24,956 nucleotides of DNA from a virus. Lineage: Duplodnaviria > Caudoviricetes. Under the pieces are notes generated by a model, which had not been told where the DNA came from, ran no database searches, and saw only the letters and a program-made list of their open reading frames with translations. Within the stretch, counting starts at the first letter, position 1, and every line of letters starts with the position of its first letter. Made by a program: the position numbers and the translations under genes. The stretch covers positions 1-24,956 of the IMG/VR virus record IMGVR_UViG_3300025120_000505; one strand, 5' to 3'. This document shows, in pieces, positions 1-12,800 of this stretch.

Positions 1-107
1 CCAGCGTAGTTTTTTCCAACTAGCGTTTGACTTGAATCTGTATTAATAGTACCATCTGCAACTACTGCAAATATTGTACCATCTGTTAGGTTAATGGTAT
101 ATGCCAT
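1..107 (-). CDS. N-terminus of a putative tail-fibre/baseplate-attached structural protein (runs off the window edge; not in ORF track)
   Basis: ATG at 107-105 opens MAYTINLTDGTIFAVVADGTINTDSSQTLVGKNYA(G) with no stop to base 1. GGAG Shine-Dalgarno at 120-117 (9-nt spacer) and TAAATACA upstream. The MAYTIN..DGT...LVGKNYAG start resembles, from memory, structural/fibre proteins that follow the baseplate in jumbo myophages. Confidence 0.8.
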   Translation of the reverse strand, partial: MAYTINLTDGTIFAVVADGTINTDSSQTLVGKNYA

Positions 108-131
108 TTTATTTTACTCCGTTTTTACAAG

Positions 132-140
132 TGTATTTAT
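132..140 (-). promoter_or_regulatory. T4-like late promoter (ATAAATACA)
   Basis: Plus strand tgtatttat at 132-140. Matches 7 of 8 bases of the T4 gp55-dependent late consensus TATAAATA. Intergenic, upstream of the SD and ATG at 107. Confidence 0.7.
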
Positions 141-159
141 TATCTAAATAATATACCAC

Positions 160-166
160 TATTTAT
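160..166 (-). promoter_or_regulatory. Possible second late promoter (ATAAATA) overlapping the stop codon of the 219-aa gene
   Basis: The minus strand reads ACA-TAA-ATAG, so the TAA stop is part of ATAAATA. It lacks the CA extension of the other four sites. Confidence 0.4.
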
Positions 167-822
167 GTAGAACTTAGATTGGTTAACGTCTGTATACGCA
201 CAGTATAATCAATCTGTATCTGTCTGTTTAAACTCTTCTGCACTGGATGGAAGATTACATGTGTTATCAATCTCAAATCAGTTGCACTTCCATTCCAGGT
301 TTTTAAACCTAGTTCATCAAAGACATAATCACCGTTAAAGTCAGTTGAATTGTCAAATGCTTGTTGACCACTTGGCTCTCCATAGTCTAACAAACAACTT
401 ACTAGTATATCACTATAAACTTTTCCACCAGTGTGTGTCACAGTAAGTTTGTTTCTAGTTGTATCAGTGTTGGCTGAACTGTTATCATCAACTACTTTTG
501 AGTATGTTGGGTTGTACAAGTTGGCATTTTGACCAGTTGTATTTGGTGGAAGATATGTAATAACACCTGTTGGATCTACACTGCTACCGCCATTGCCAAA
601 TGCCATGCTGTAAATTTGTCCTACTGCTTTGTTAGCAAGACTGTTTGCCAATGATTCACTTATGTTTTCATAGTGTATAGCGTTGCGTTTGTCAACAATA
701 ACTTCTCCGCTGTTAGGATCAAATATTTTGATATGACCACTGATAGCAATTTGTCCGTTTTCATTAGGACGTACTTCTTCTGACTCTGTCACTAAATCCT
801 CATTTGCGTTTTCTTGTTCCAT
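163..822 (-). CDS. Virion structural protein, probable baseplate/fibre-attachment subunit (219 aa)
   Basis: Motifs GHIKIFD..DKRNAIH, MAFGNGG and FDELGL..LITHVIFHPVQKSLNR..IDYTVRI resemble tail-collar/fibre-attachment N-terminal domains (FGxGG ... ELGL). Lies between the giant baseplate gene and a fibre-like gene. Confidence 0.65.
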   Translation of the reverse strand: MEQENANEDLVTESEEVRPNENGQIAISGHIKIFDPNSGEVIVDKRNAIHYENISESLANSLANKAVGQIYSMAFGNGGSSVDPTGVITYLPPNTTGQNANLYNPTYSKVVDDNSSANTDTTRNKLTVTHTGGKVYSDILVSCLLDYGEPSGQQAFDNSTDFNGDYVFDELGLKTWNGSATDLRLITHVIFHPVQKSLNRQIQIDYTVRIQTLTNLSST

Positions 823-824
823 GC

Positions 825-832
825 TGTATTTA
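825..832 (-). promoter_or_regulatory. T4-like late promoter (TAAATACA) abutting the start codon
   Basis: The minus strand reads GG-TAAATA-CAGC-ATG in a 24-nt intergenic gap. Confidence 0.65.
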
Positions 833-846
833 CCTTATTCTTCTAC

Positions 847-3800
847 CTAGGATTTTAAAAACAACGCTGCTCGTGTAGTTTGGTCTTGCAATGCAATTCC
901 ATTACTAGCAGTATTAGTTCCTTGTGCATACATCACAGTAGCAGTAATCTGACTAAATGTAATTGTACTTCCAGATGCAGGAGCAGTTGTGAATGTTATT
1001 TCTGTACTAGTTAACGATGATTCAGTAATAGTATAATCAGTATCAGGTACAAGCACTGTTCCACCTACTGTAACTGTTATTGCGTCTGCAAGTTCTGTAC
1101 TATCTAAAAGCGTTGGTATAGTTATTGTTGTAGTATAAATTTTTGTAACCCCATCACCTACTGTAGAATCGGTTGCGGTTGCTTGTTGGTATGTAGTCGG
1201 TAGCTGCTCACCTGCTCCTACGTCAGAGACTGTATCGTCGGTGGAGTGGGTGTAAACTCCTGTTCCTGCAGTACCTCTGCGTAATCCGCTTACTGAATTA
1301 GCGCCTAAATTTCTATTTCTATACGTAATACGTTCGCCACCAATTATGATCTGTCCAAATATTCCTTGTTCTAGATTTGGCTCACTGAGTTTGGATACAT
1401 CAGCTACATATATTGTATCATCATTTACTGCTACATCAACTGATAATTTTGTAGTATTTGTTGTATTAAGTTTCAATAACTTTTGGTTACCTAACATGTC
1501 TTGGAATAGTCTAAAATTTAAACTGTTTGGTACCACACTATTAGTAAACATTGTTACTACTAGTACATCAGCGTCATTTAGAATACTTAAATTAAGTCTA
1601 AGAGTGCTAAGTTGACTACTAGTTGTCACTGTAAAATCAATTGATGGTCGGAGATATTCGCCGTTAAGCGTAACAATTAATCTAGCGTTTGCAGTAACCT
1701 GTCTCCCTAAGGCAAAGTTGTTTGTGTCAATGGTTGAACCAACTGTCTTGTCAAACTCACTTGCATCGTATGCATCTTCGTCATATGCTACTCCTGTTGT
1801 GATACCTTGGGTTGTTGGGCCAACGTAAACCTTTGTCATAATATTTTGTTGGCTGGTATCATTAAATGTGGTAACATCAAATAATGCATCAAATACTGCA
1901 CTAACTCTTAAATTTATATCACTAGCGTTAACTATGGTGTAGTCCGAATCAGTTGTGGTAAAGATTTGTATTTGTGAACCAGCTGCTGGTAAAGACTGTG
2001 TATTAAACTCCACATATCTATCACTGCTTCCATCATATGGACTTAAAGTCCAATTTACCGAAACATTCTGTTTTACATTATCAACGTAAACTAGTAGGTC
2101 AGCAGTGCTTATCAATGCTTGATTGGTTTTAGCAGTTGTGCTCAAATAGTAAGGACCAAGGCTTGATCCATCGCCTGTATATTCTATACCTTCTGGCGGA
2201 CGTAGTCTAAAACCAGCTCTATCAACTATCATGTTAGCAATGTTTGTACCTTGTAAACTATTGGTAAGAGGATATATTGCCGTACTACCATCATAGTTAA
2301 AATATTCTGCAACACTTGTGCTCCAACTATACTGTATAGGTGTGGTTGCTCCTAGTGCTACAATAGTAACCGTCTGCGTGTTTGTTGGTTGTGTATCAAA
2401 AGTAATAGTTGTTGCATAACTTCCATTTGCAGCAAATGTATACGCAGTGGAAAGTGCACCATTTATAAAAATTACTATTTCATTTATTTCACTAAATGCT
2501 ACGTTGATATCTTGTGTACTATTTGTAATATTATCGCCAACAAAACTTTCTTTGAAAAGTTGTGATCCGCCACCTAGTCCGTAGACTTCGACGCTGATAG
2601 TGTCGCCTATGCTGGCGTCAGCATCTGTGCTTACTATAACTTTCTTGTCTACCCAGTTAATAGTATAAGCAGTTGGTGGCAACACTCGTCTTGTAGTTGA
2701 ATTAATCACAATTACTTCAACTGGATGTTCAATTAGATTATTAAACACTATGCTTATGCCTGTTGCAGTAAACACATCACTGATACTTGAAATTTCAAAA
2801 CCATGTCCGTCATTAGCCCAGTCACTTCCGGGACGAGTAAAAACCTTTAGATCCAGTGTGTCAAATTCACTGCCCGGAACCAATTCTTCAGGAGCATGTG
2901 AACTATATGTGTCAATGAATGCACCACCTTCAACGTTAATATCTGTAGATCTTGTACCTAAATACGTATCTGTAAATGCACTTTCGTATATCACATCAAG
3001 TATCTCTGGATCGTATGTTGGTAATCCTTCTGGACCAAAACTGATATTATCAAATCGATTGATATCATAGTTGCCAATATCAAAACCTGTGTTTTGATCA
3101 AAGTCTGGAGCATCAACTTGTACACCTGGATAATCAATTCCTGTCATTACCTGTGCTAATTCACGTCCTGGCTCGTTTGGTCCAGGATTATATAGACCCA
3201 TTGTTCTGTCAGCTGCATCAAGTGTACTTGCATCGACAATAGTATACTTTTCTGGATCAAAACTGTTTCCTGATGTAAAATTAGCAATTACCTTGTAAAC
3301 CTTTGGCAGTGCAACATTTACAATACCAACAGTTGGTACTGGAAACCTTACTAATTGGCTAGCAGTAAAAGCTGTATTAGCAGTCCAATCTATAACTTGA
3401 CTTGAATATGTAATCCTGTTATAAGCAATTGTAGTTGTAAAGTCACGAACTTTTTGTGTTTCTAAGACTGCAACAGCGGTGGCATCTGAGCCGTTGCCAC
3501 CTGAGATAGTTATAGTTGGTGTAGTTATATATCCGCTACCAGGCGATAATAAAGTTATGCCTGTTACAATTCCGGCAGTGTTAACCGTAGCAGACATAGT
3601 TGCTTGTGTAATTGCATCTCCAGTAACAACCACTTGTGGTGCAATACTGTAACCTGTACCACCGTTAACTATAGTAACACTACTGATTGTTAACTTATAG
3701 TTTTGATACCATTGGCTCCACGGAAAGGTTTGCCATATAGGATCTGTACTGGGTACTGCACTTAATGATTTTGGATTTGCACTATCATCAAGAATAGGTG

Positions 3801-6800
3801 AAACAAATTGTTTTCTGAGACTGTCATAGTAGGCTGGCAAATCAAAATCTGTCACACTACCATTATATGTGTCTTCTCCTTCGTAACGTAGGTTGAACTC
3901 TCTTATCTGGACATGGTAAGGCTTTACTTCTTTGATGTATTCACTAACAAAGTCTTGATTATCTCGCTTAAAAATAGGGTACTCAATCAAGTCTCGTATT
4001 TTGTGGTTTACATCTATTAAACTGGTTTTAAATAACCAATCTGGAGCAGGTTGCTCACTCATTATAAATTCAAATGCCAGTATTAATAATTCGTTCCTGC
4101 GAAATTGGAGTTCGTTTGTAAATATCTGTGTATTGAGTGCTTCTAATATCTGTCTAGTTTCAGTTACTGGTGCTTGATCAAATCTTTGTGCGTCAAATAC
4201 TTCAACATCAAAACCAAAGTTACCAACTGAGTAATCCCATATTGTACTGTCTATTGCTATTGTTCCATCTTCTAAGAAAACTCTTGTCCACTCAGTGGTA
4301 ACTGTGCTATACTGATATACTTCTTGTTTGCCATTACTGTTTGCTTTTACTGTGGCCCATTCGCCATTAATCACATTAGATAATGCTAGTAAATCACTAT
4401 ACACTGTTACTTCATATGATGAAGAATTTGCACTGCTATATATAGAACCGTCCGCGTTTACACCGTTCCAGTCCACATAGCTCCAATATAGATCGGTTTT
4501 GTACGTTTGTACCCTTGAAAGTAATAGTGTTTCGCTTGCTTCTACAGTATAAATTGTCCATAAACCTTCGTTGTTCACATCACTTGCAACCAAATACTTA
4601 TAACCTACTGGTACCTGTCTTAGATCTTGATATGTTAGTTCGGCATATGTTAGTAGTCTTTTATCCCATGCTCCACTGGCAGTAGTTGGCTCTGGCTCTT
4701 CACTGTTTAACAAAGCAAAACTTTTACTTTCTGATAAAGTGTACAATTTCATAATATTATTTGCACGAATCAGATAGTTTTGCAATGCAAGATATCTGTT
4801 AGTAAATAAACTTTGTCTTGGACGAAAACTTACACCATAGCTGTCTGCTGTACTCAAGGTTACATCAGGAACTAGGTTACCGATTGTATCTGCGCCACAA
4901 AAACTATCAAGGAATTTTCTATAAAGTTGTGTTCCAAGGAAACTGTTTGCATCACCAACAGTGATCAGATCATATTCACTATGAACATTATCATCATTTT
5001 CAATTTTATCAAATTCTATATGCAATATTGTATCAGTGGCACTGATCAAATCTTTAGAATTGTAAAGTGTAATCTCATTAGGTGCAATTGCGGCACAATA
5101 ACTTATGCCACTGCTTCTTGGATTGTTTATATATTGGGTAATTCCACTAGAACTAAGTGTTTTATTTGGACTTACCGCAGTAAGTCCTTTGACCCAGTAG
5201 TAATAGGTAGTTACAAATGTGCCAGCACTGTCAAGAGAGGTTGTTGTAGTATAACTTGTTGTGCTAAAGACAGTGCCTTCTCCTGCATAATTTGCAGGGG
5301 TTACAGTGCTTTCTATCCATTGATAAATGTCAACACTTGATCCATCAAATAATTGTCCCCAGCGTCTTGATCTAAAAGCAATGTCGTCTTGATTATAATT
5401 TATAAATCTAACTGTTGATAAGTTCCACCAAATTTCACCAAGATGCTCGTCTCGCCATTGTGATCCGTAATTGTTTACAGTACCTGTATTGTACGCAGCA
5501 GGATCAAGTCCGCCTTGGTAGTCAATGTTTGCACGTGCTGCCCCTAGTATTTTTCCTTGTATTGGATCAATAAAATCCAAGTAAGAAGTTACTGTATTAC
5601 TAAGTTTGTTGTATGTGAATACACTATTCAGTAAGGCTGCATTAACAACTGGAGTTTCGGTGTACTTGGCTTTCCAACTTGCTTCTTCGTTTGCATTTAC
5701 TAATTGTATTACTCTACCAAAGTCGCCTGAACTATCATTAAGATCATCATTTGGAGCACCAACAAGTAGTACACCACCAACGTAGGATACTGATGATCCA
5801 AATTTATCTAAACTGGTTAATGTTGTATCAAAAATCTGTTGTCCGTAAACAAATTTTCCTGTATTGGTTGCACTTGCATTTGCTGCATTAAGGTAATCAT
5901 ACGTAAATGCTACACCCGACTCTTCTAATGGATCTAATAAATTTGTTGAACCTGAATCAAAGTTTGTTGTGCTGGTATCAAAAGTTGTTGGCAAAAAAGC
6001 AGTTGCATCAGGAGAACCTATGACTAGCGTATTTGCATCATCGCTAATATTTAAACTTGTTCCAAAATGTGCATATGTTTGTGGACTTGGTGCAGTAATT
6101 GTTTGAGAATATATCCAAGGTGTTAATCCAAGATCTGCAAACGCAGTACCTGTTCCTGGTGCTACCTGTAATTTAATAAATTGTTCACCTGCTGAAACAT
6201 CAACAAGCGTAAGTTGTAACGCTCCGCTTACGCTAAAGGCAGTAATATTTGGTATATTAGCAGTTGTAATATCTGTAACTAAACTTGCAACAGTGGTTCC
6301 AGTGAGTGTCACGTAATAATTGTTAATTCTAATACTATCTGTTGCAGTTAAAACTGGATTGGTTACAGTTCCAGTGATTGTTCCAAACAGTCTACTTTGA
6401 TTAATCCAACGCTCAACACTTCCTGCTTCAGTTTGTACAACACTATCGTTGGGCATCGCAATATATGCACTACAGTTTGTTGAACACATATCTACTGCTC
6501 TACCAAAGAAGTAGTTTCCGCCATTTAAAACACTGTTAAATCTTTGTAATGTAGAGAAACTATTCGTTTCTACTTCAATTATATCACCTACTGTAAGTGA
6601 AACTGGATTTAGCGTTGTTCCAATTGTAATTACGCTTCCTGCAACACTAAACTGAGCATTGTTTGCATTACCAGTTGGAATAAGGTATGTGCCGTTTAGT
6701 GTAACTGATACTGGTGTAGTCGGTGTAACACTGGTTGTGTATGCAACAGTTGTGGCATTTGATACTTGAAATCTTTCAACGCTTCTATCAATGATATAAC

Positions 6801-9800
6801 TTTCACCAGCCAAAGCATTTGTGCCAATCGTTGCATCTGGAGTACCTACTAGTATTTGTCTACCGTCTGTTGTGGTTGAAATATCATAACCAAATTGATC
6901 TGTTACTCCAAGTCCAGTTGCAGTAAATGTGTTTACAAAATCCCAATGTGTCTTTGCATTTATAGTAAGTGAACCAGTGCTAATAGCGGAAGTCAACACA
7001 ATATTAGTTCCTACTACAGAATAATCAAAAAATGGACGCAATAGTTTACCGTCGACGATTACAGTCATTGAATATATGTCACTAGCAGTAAATAGTGTGC
7101 TAAAACTAAAGTTGGTTGTTGATATAGTAGGGAAGTAGGTTTGACTCAGTCTGCGAACTATAACGATATCGTCATTTTCATTTGGTGGTGTGGTAAAGTT
7201 TACCTGTTGCAAGCCTGCAGATAGTGATACAGTATAATCTGATCCAGCAGTTTGAGCTACATTATTCCTAGTGACTGCAATTTGTGTTTGAGCAGTTGCA
7301 ACACTTGCTGAAACTTGTATTGTTGGTTGTATAACAAAATCACTATTTGTACCGCTACCTATAAAGTCCAATCGTTGTTCTTGTACGTTTACTTTGTTGT
7401 AAGCATAAACTTTATTATCTGCCGGAGCACTTACGTACATCCAACGCTCATCGGCGCTTACTGCTACACTATAACCAAACTTGTCTGCGTCGTTTGTTCC
7501 TGTGTTAAAATTTTGATAAAGTGCAAAACTTCCGTCTGATGCAGTTCTATTGATTGCAGTTGCATAACCTTTATTGGAGTCAGATGCTGGTGCACCAACA
7601 ATCGCCCATTCTGTGTTTCCTGCGTCAGAACTAAATCCAAATCCCAAAAATGATAAAGATGCATCTGGTGATAGAACTGTTTTTTCTAAATATATGCCAG
7701 TGTCATTTTTGTTAAAAGCATATACTCCACCAATTGCACTTGCATATCCTGTTGCACCTACTAGTAATCCCTGATTGTTCATACCTTGTGCAATTGTTGT
7801 ACCAAATAGATCGTTGATAATTGGTAATGTTGCTTGTATTTCAGTGGCAGTTCCAAAAGGATTTTGTTTTTCTAATACTTGCCAATTGCCTGCACCATTG
7901 TCATCGACCCAAACTTGATTACCTGTCGTTAAACTGGTTGAAAAACTCAATCCTGGTATATCACTTGGTTGTGCAACTCTTACACTTTCAAGTGTGAAAC
8001 ATCTTCCATCACCATTTGTTATTGTTGTTATACCTTCGGGTAAACTAAGATTCACTGTAAGTGTTTTCAACCCAGGTACAGTCTGTACAATATAGGCGCC
8101 ATCAACGTCTGCATTGAAAAATTTGATTATTAATCTTTGTCCAACCACCAATCCGTGCGGCACATTGAATGTAAATGTAGATGTTTCGTTAAGATTATCA
8201 ATTACTGTGGTTAGTGTTGAGTTTACAAGATTAACTCTGTAAATATTCCAATCATAACTGTTTGCTTTAGCAACCCAAATATTAGTTCCAACAACGATGT
8301 TGTCAAGATCATTAACAACATTAGTTAAGTCGTCATAATCAAAAACTTTTAAACTTACATCATCATAGTTCACATATCCAGCAATTGGTAATCCAACATC
8401 TTCTGGTATACTACCTATTGTAGGAAGAATATTATTGTTTATTATATTATAACTTTGTTTATATATATTGTCAACCAAAACTGTTTGTTGTGCTTGACTA
8501 ACCTGTTGCGGATTTACAACTGCAATAGTACTTGGATTGCTTAATAACTTGCTTTCGTCGAGTTGTAATTCAAAGTAACTTCTATTTGCATTAGCACCGT
8601 ACAATCCTCTTTGTATTGCCCAGTTTTCAAATATATCATATTCTGCTGTCTCTTTACCAAGGTTAGCACTTGTAAATGTCTCTGCCGCAGTAATTGTTCC
8701 TTTTGTGCCTAAGAAACTAGAATATAGTCCTGCTTGCGAAATATCATCTAAATTTAGATTCTGCATATACTGACGTGGACGGAAACCTATTAAACCAAGT
8801 CCAAGTAAAGTGCTATCACCTTCTAGGTTAGCAGTGTGTATATTGTAATTGTCTTGAAGTTCGTCTGCTTTGGTTGCCAAGTTTGGAAGTAGGCCTTTTT
8901 GTATTCTATTATAATCGCTCTTAATCCAATCTGTAAACACAAATGTAGCACTAGGCGGAAGTATTGTGGTAGCACTCCAATAAGAGTTCTTGTATTCTAC
9001 AATTTGGCCTTTGGTGTAGGCAACATTTGGTTCCCACTCTTTGATATTATCTTGGTTTAGTATGAAACCTTGAGCATCGAGTGTACCATTCCAGTCATAA
9101 ACAGTAAAACCATTTAGCAACAATCTATTTTGTCTAGCACCGGTAACTGGATTGTACATTAGGTCATTAAAGATACTAGTGTTATCAAAAACAATTATGT
9201 GTTCATAAGAAGTAAACCTAGCAAGAAGATAACTGAAAGCATTGTTGTTAAGTCCAATAAGTTTAAGTTCATTATCTAATCTTTCAACTGCATAATCTTC
9301 ACCAAAAACTGGCTGGAAGTTTTGATTTAGCAAGATATCGTTTATGTTTTCATTCACTAAACTTTCAACAACACTAAAAGGTTGACTAAGTTTCAAAACA
9401 TTTGCAGCTGGATTTAGATTAATCACACTACCAACAGTCCAAGACTGCCCTGCCCAGTATATAAACTCTTGAGCCATCTGTGTCCAGTTAATTATTAAAT
9501 CATTCTCTGTACTATCAAAAGTCAAACCTTGTTTTTCTAATAATTGTCCGTAACTTACCAAAAAGTCAACCACTGCCGCTTGACTTGTAAACTCGTAACC
9601 ATAAGGTACTTGAACTACATCATTACTAAATGTTTGTGGCACCCTAGCAGTAAACCCATTGACCGTAAAAGTTGCGAACGTTCCCGCAGCGGTACTTTTT
9701 GAGATGTTAAAATACGGTTTTGCAGTTGAATAACCTGCGACACTCCAACCGGTAACTGTTCTCTGTACTATTACTGCTGAATACTGTATTTCATTGAAAC

Positions 9801-12800
9801 TTGGGTTTTTGTATAACGAAAGTTGAAAGCTCTCATCAGGTAACAGAAGACTGCTATTTAAACTGTTTGGTGATGACTTTTCAGAAAATATTTTTAAATA
9901 TCCTTGATCACTAAACGCAGCCATTCTGTAGCACAAACGTATGTCAAGATTTGCTAGCCTGTTTGTAAGCAACGTTGTACTATCTAAACCTGATATTCTA
10001 TTGTAATCTACAATAAAATTTATATAACTATGCTTAGGTGTTCCGTCCCCGTATACCTGTATCTCTGTGGCATTAATTCTAAATCTTTTGTTATACAAGC
10101 GTTGCTGAATAGCGGTATCGTATTTCCATAAATCCCGGTCTGCAAACCAACTAAAATATTTTGCTGGTTTGGTAAGTGCTAGTAATCTTTGTATTGCAAA
10201 AGGATAATAACTACTTCGTCTCCAAGCAGTCTGTGTTGGAGCATCATCGCCAGCTACCCATGACTTCTTAAAACTATTAATATCGTAACTTCCAACAATG
10301 CTGATCATTGGATCAACTAGATTACCTTGCGAATCAGTTGGCAAACAATCTAAAAGTTGCGGACGTATATATTGTGTTTTAATTACATCACCAGTTGGGT
10401 AAGCAATCTTACCATCTGCCATGTCTTGCCATAATACTGTGTTACCACTTGTATAGGGTGCAGGTCCGTATGTTATATTCCACCATGTTGGCTTTATGCT
10501 TAGTCCAACCATTTCCCATGGACGTGTATCAGGAGCATCTGTATCGTAAAGTTGGAAATAAATTCCTCTCCAAAAACCCAACAATGGTTGTCCACTTAGT
10601 CTATTTGCACTTTGACTATAGTTCCAAGTAAAACCATTATCAGCATCATAGGTTTGATCCTTGTAAGGTACCCTTTGTTCTCCAACCCATGCAAGAAAAC
10701 TTGTATTAAGAATATTATTAACTTCAGTTAATGTGTAATCGGTAGTTCTAAACTGCCCTGGAATAACATCTACGGCCTGTAAAGGCGGATTGTATTTTTC
10801 GTCTATAGATAATTTAATATTGTTAAAACATCTTTTTTCAAATTCTAACAGTACGTTATTTCTATAGTCTCCTGCTTCAAATGCAATAGTTAAACTGCCG
10901 TCGTGTCCTTGTATTACATTTGTTGGAGTTACATAGGTATTATCAAGAAACATCTGTGGCTTATAAACTTGATATAAACCAAGCATAGTTGGAGTTGCCG
11001 GCACATAACTGCCATACGTGTCTTGGTATTCTCTTATTGCAATAATATCGCCATTAACCAAAGTAACGGCTTCACTGTTAATAATAATTCTTGGACCATC
11101 AGTTGCAACCGTATAGTCGTGCCCATCAGCAACAAGTTGTGTTTGTACGCCTGTTGCTTTTGGTGTTATGTATACCAGTAATCCTTTATAGTTGGCACTT
11201 GTAAAATCATAACTGTAGAGAGTATCAAATGTGTATGATGTAATTGGACTAACTGTATAAGAAGTTGTTTCAAAAACATTTCCACTTGGAATAGCATCTG
11301 TCCAATAAAACGGAGTAAGGGCAGTTTTGCCTGCGTTAATTGCAAGTAAAGTGTCATCGAGTATCTGAGCAGATGTTTTATTCTCCCAGTCATTGGATGC
11401 CACATAGTCTAAAATTTTATTTTTTGTTTTGTTATACTCGTTTGAATTATATGTTAAAGCACGAAAGTAGTCAAACTGCCTTTCGTTTATAAAAGGAGTA
11501 GTAAGTGTAAGCGGCGCACTCTGTTGAAGTATGAGTTCGCCATAAGGAACAATATTGCCCAAATCATGTATGTTGTTTGCACCGTGTATTTTACCTGCGA
11601 AATCAGAAAGATTCTGGCAAATACTTTCATAGTGTGTTCTAATAGTACCAAGCGTAAAACTCTCACTATTTTCGTTCATAGCGTTTGATTCCAAGTTATC
11701 AGGTATAGTATAAAAACCTATACTACTTGCACTATTACTGATTACCTGTGCTTCGATTACTGTTCCAGTTGCAGGAAAAGTTTGTGGTTGTCCAACAACG
11801 TTTGCATTAAAAGTAATTTCTGTTACACCAGCACTATTGGTTGCGTAAGTGTATGTGCTTGGAAGAACAAATTGTCCTTCAACAAAGACTTTCACAGGAA
11901 CAAGACTAGTGTTGCTTATTACTTCGATATCAAGAACTAACGGATCACCTGTAAAATCAAAACTAAAACTTTGTCGTTGAACAGATGTTGTAAAACTTGT
12001 CTGCCATCCAATTAGTTTGTCAAATGTACTGATAGTATTATACTGCCTCACAAAGCCTTTGTCAATGTTTTCTGTCTTACTAACTGTACCACTTACATAT
12101 ACAAATTTATCAAGGTACAAATTGTTATCAAATACAATATCACCAACATTAGCAATAGTAAGGTACTTTAAAGGTTGTTCGATAATACTATCTGTAACTC
12201 CAGATCCAATAGCATAACTGAATATTTTTGTTCCACTAAATGTACTAGACGGGTATACTGTACTGTCGCTTAGACTATAACCACTTGCATCAAAAATATC
12301 AAATAACGGTGCTTGATTTGTATCTGTTTTTTGCTGAGCTGAAACCCAAGTTGTGCCATTGTACCAATACGCCTTACCTTGTTGCAGTTGTCCAGACAAT
12401 ATAACAACAACAGTGTTGGTTACTACATCAGGTACAGTTAAACTTGCTGGTTGTAAATCAATAACATCACCTGCGCCAAGATTAACAAACTTTACAGTGT
12501 AAATTTTGTTTCTTACTTCTGGATCAAGATCAGCATTAAATATTACTCTTGAACCGTCTATAAAACTATAACCATCAACTGCATAACCAGCAGTGCCGTT
12601 TATATTTGAAAATGCATCAGTTTCTGCAAAGTCAATTATATCAACTGGAGTAGTCGAAAGTGTTCCATAATTGAAAAGTTTAAGATTCTTTTTAAACTCA
12701 AGTATCGGGCGTTTTGCTCTTGCATCGTTATCAAATGTTAAAACAGTATTATTGTAAATTGCACTCGCAGTTAAAACATCAACATGGAACCATCTGTTCC

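Noticed and set aside
134-150. Inverted repeat TATTTA-N5-TAAATA, or a plus-strand promoter at 145-150
   Set aside because: A 6-bp all-AT stem is expected by chance in this AT-rich gap, and there is no plus-strand gene to drive.
3469-3697. Tandem VTIVNGGTGY..P / ITLLSPGSGY..P repeats
   Set aside because: Real, but a very common module of T4-like phage structural proteins, so not novel in itself.
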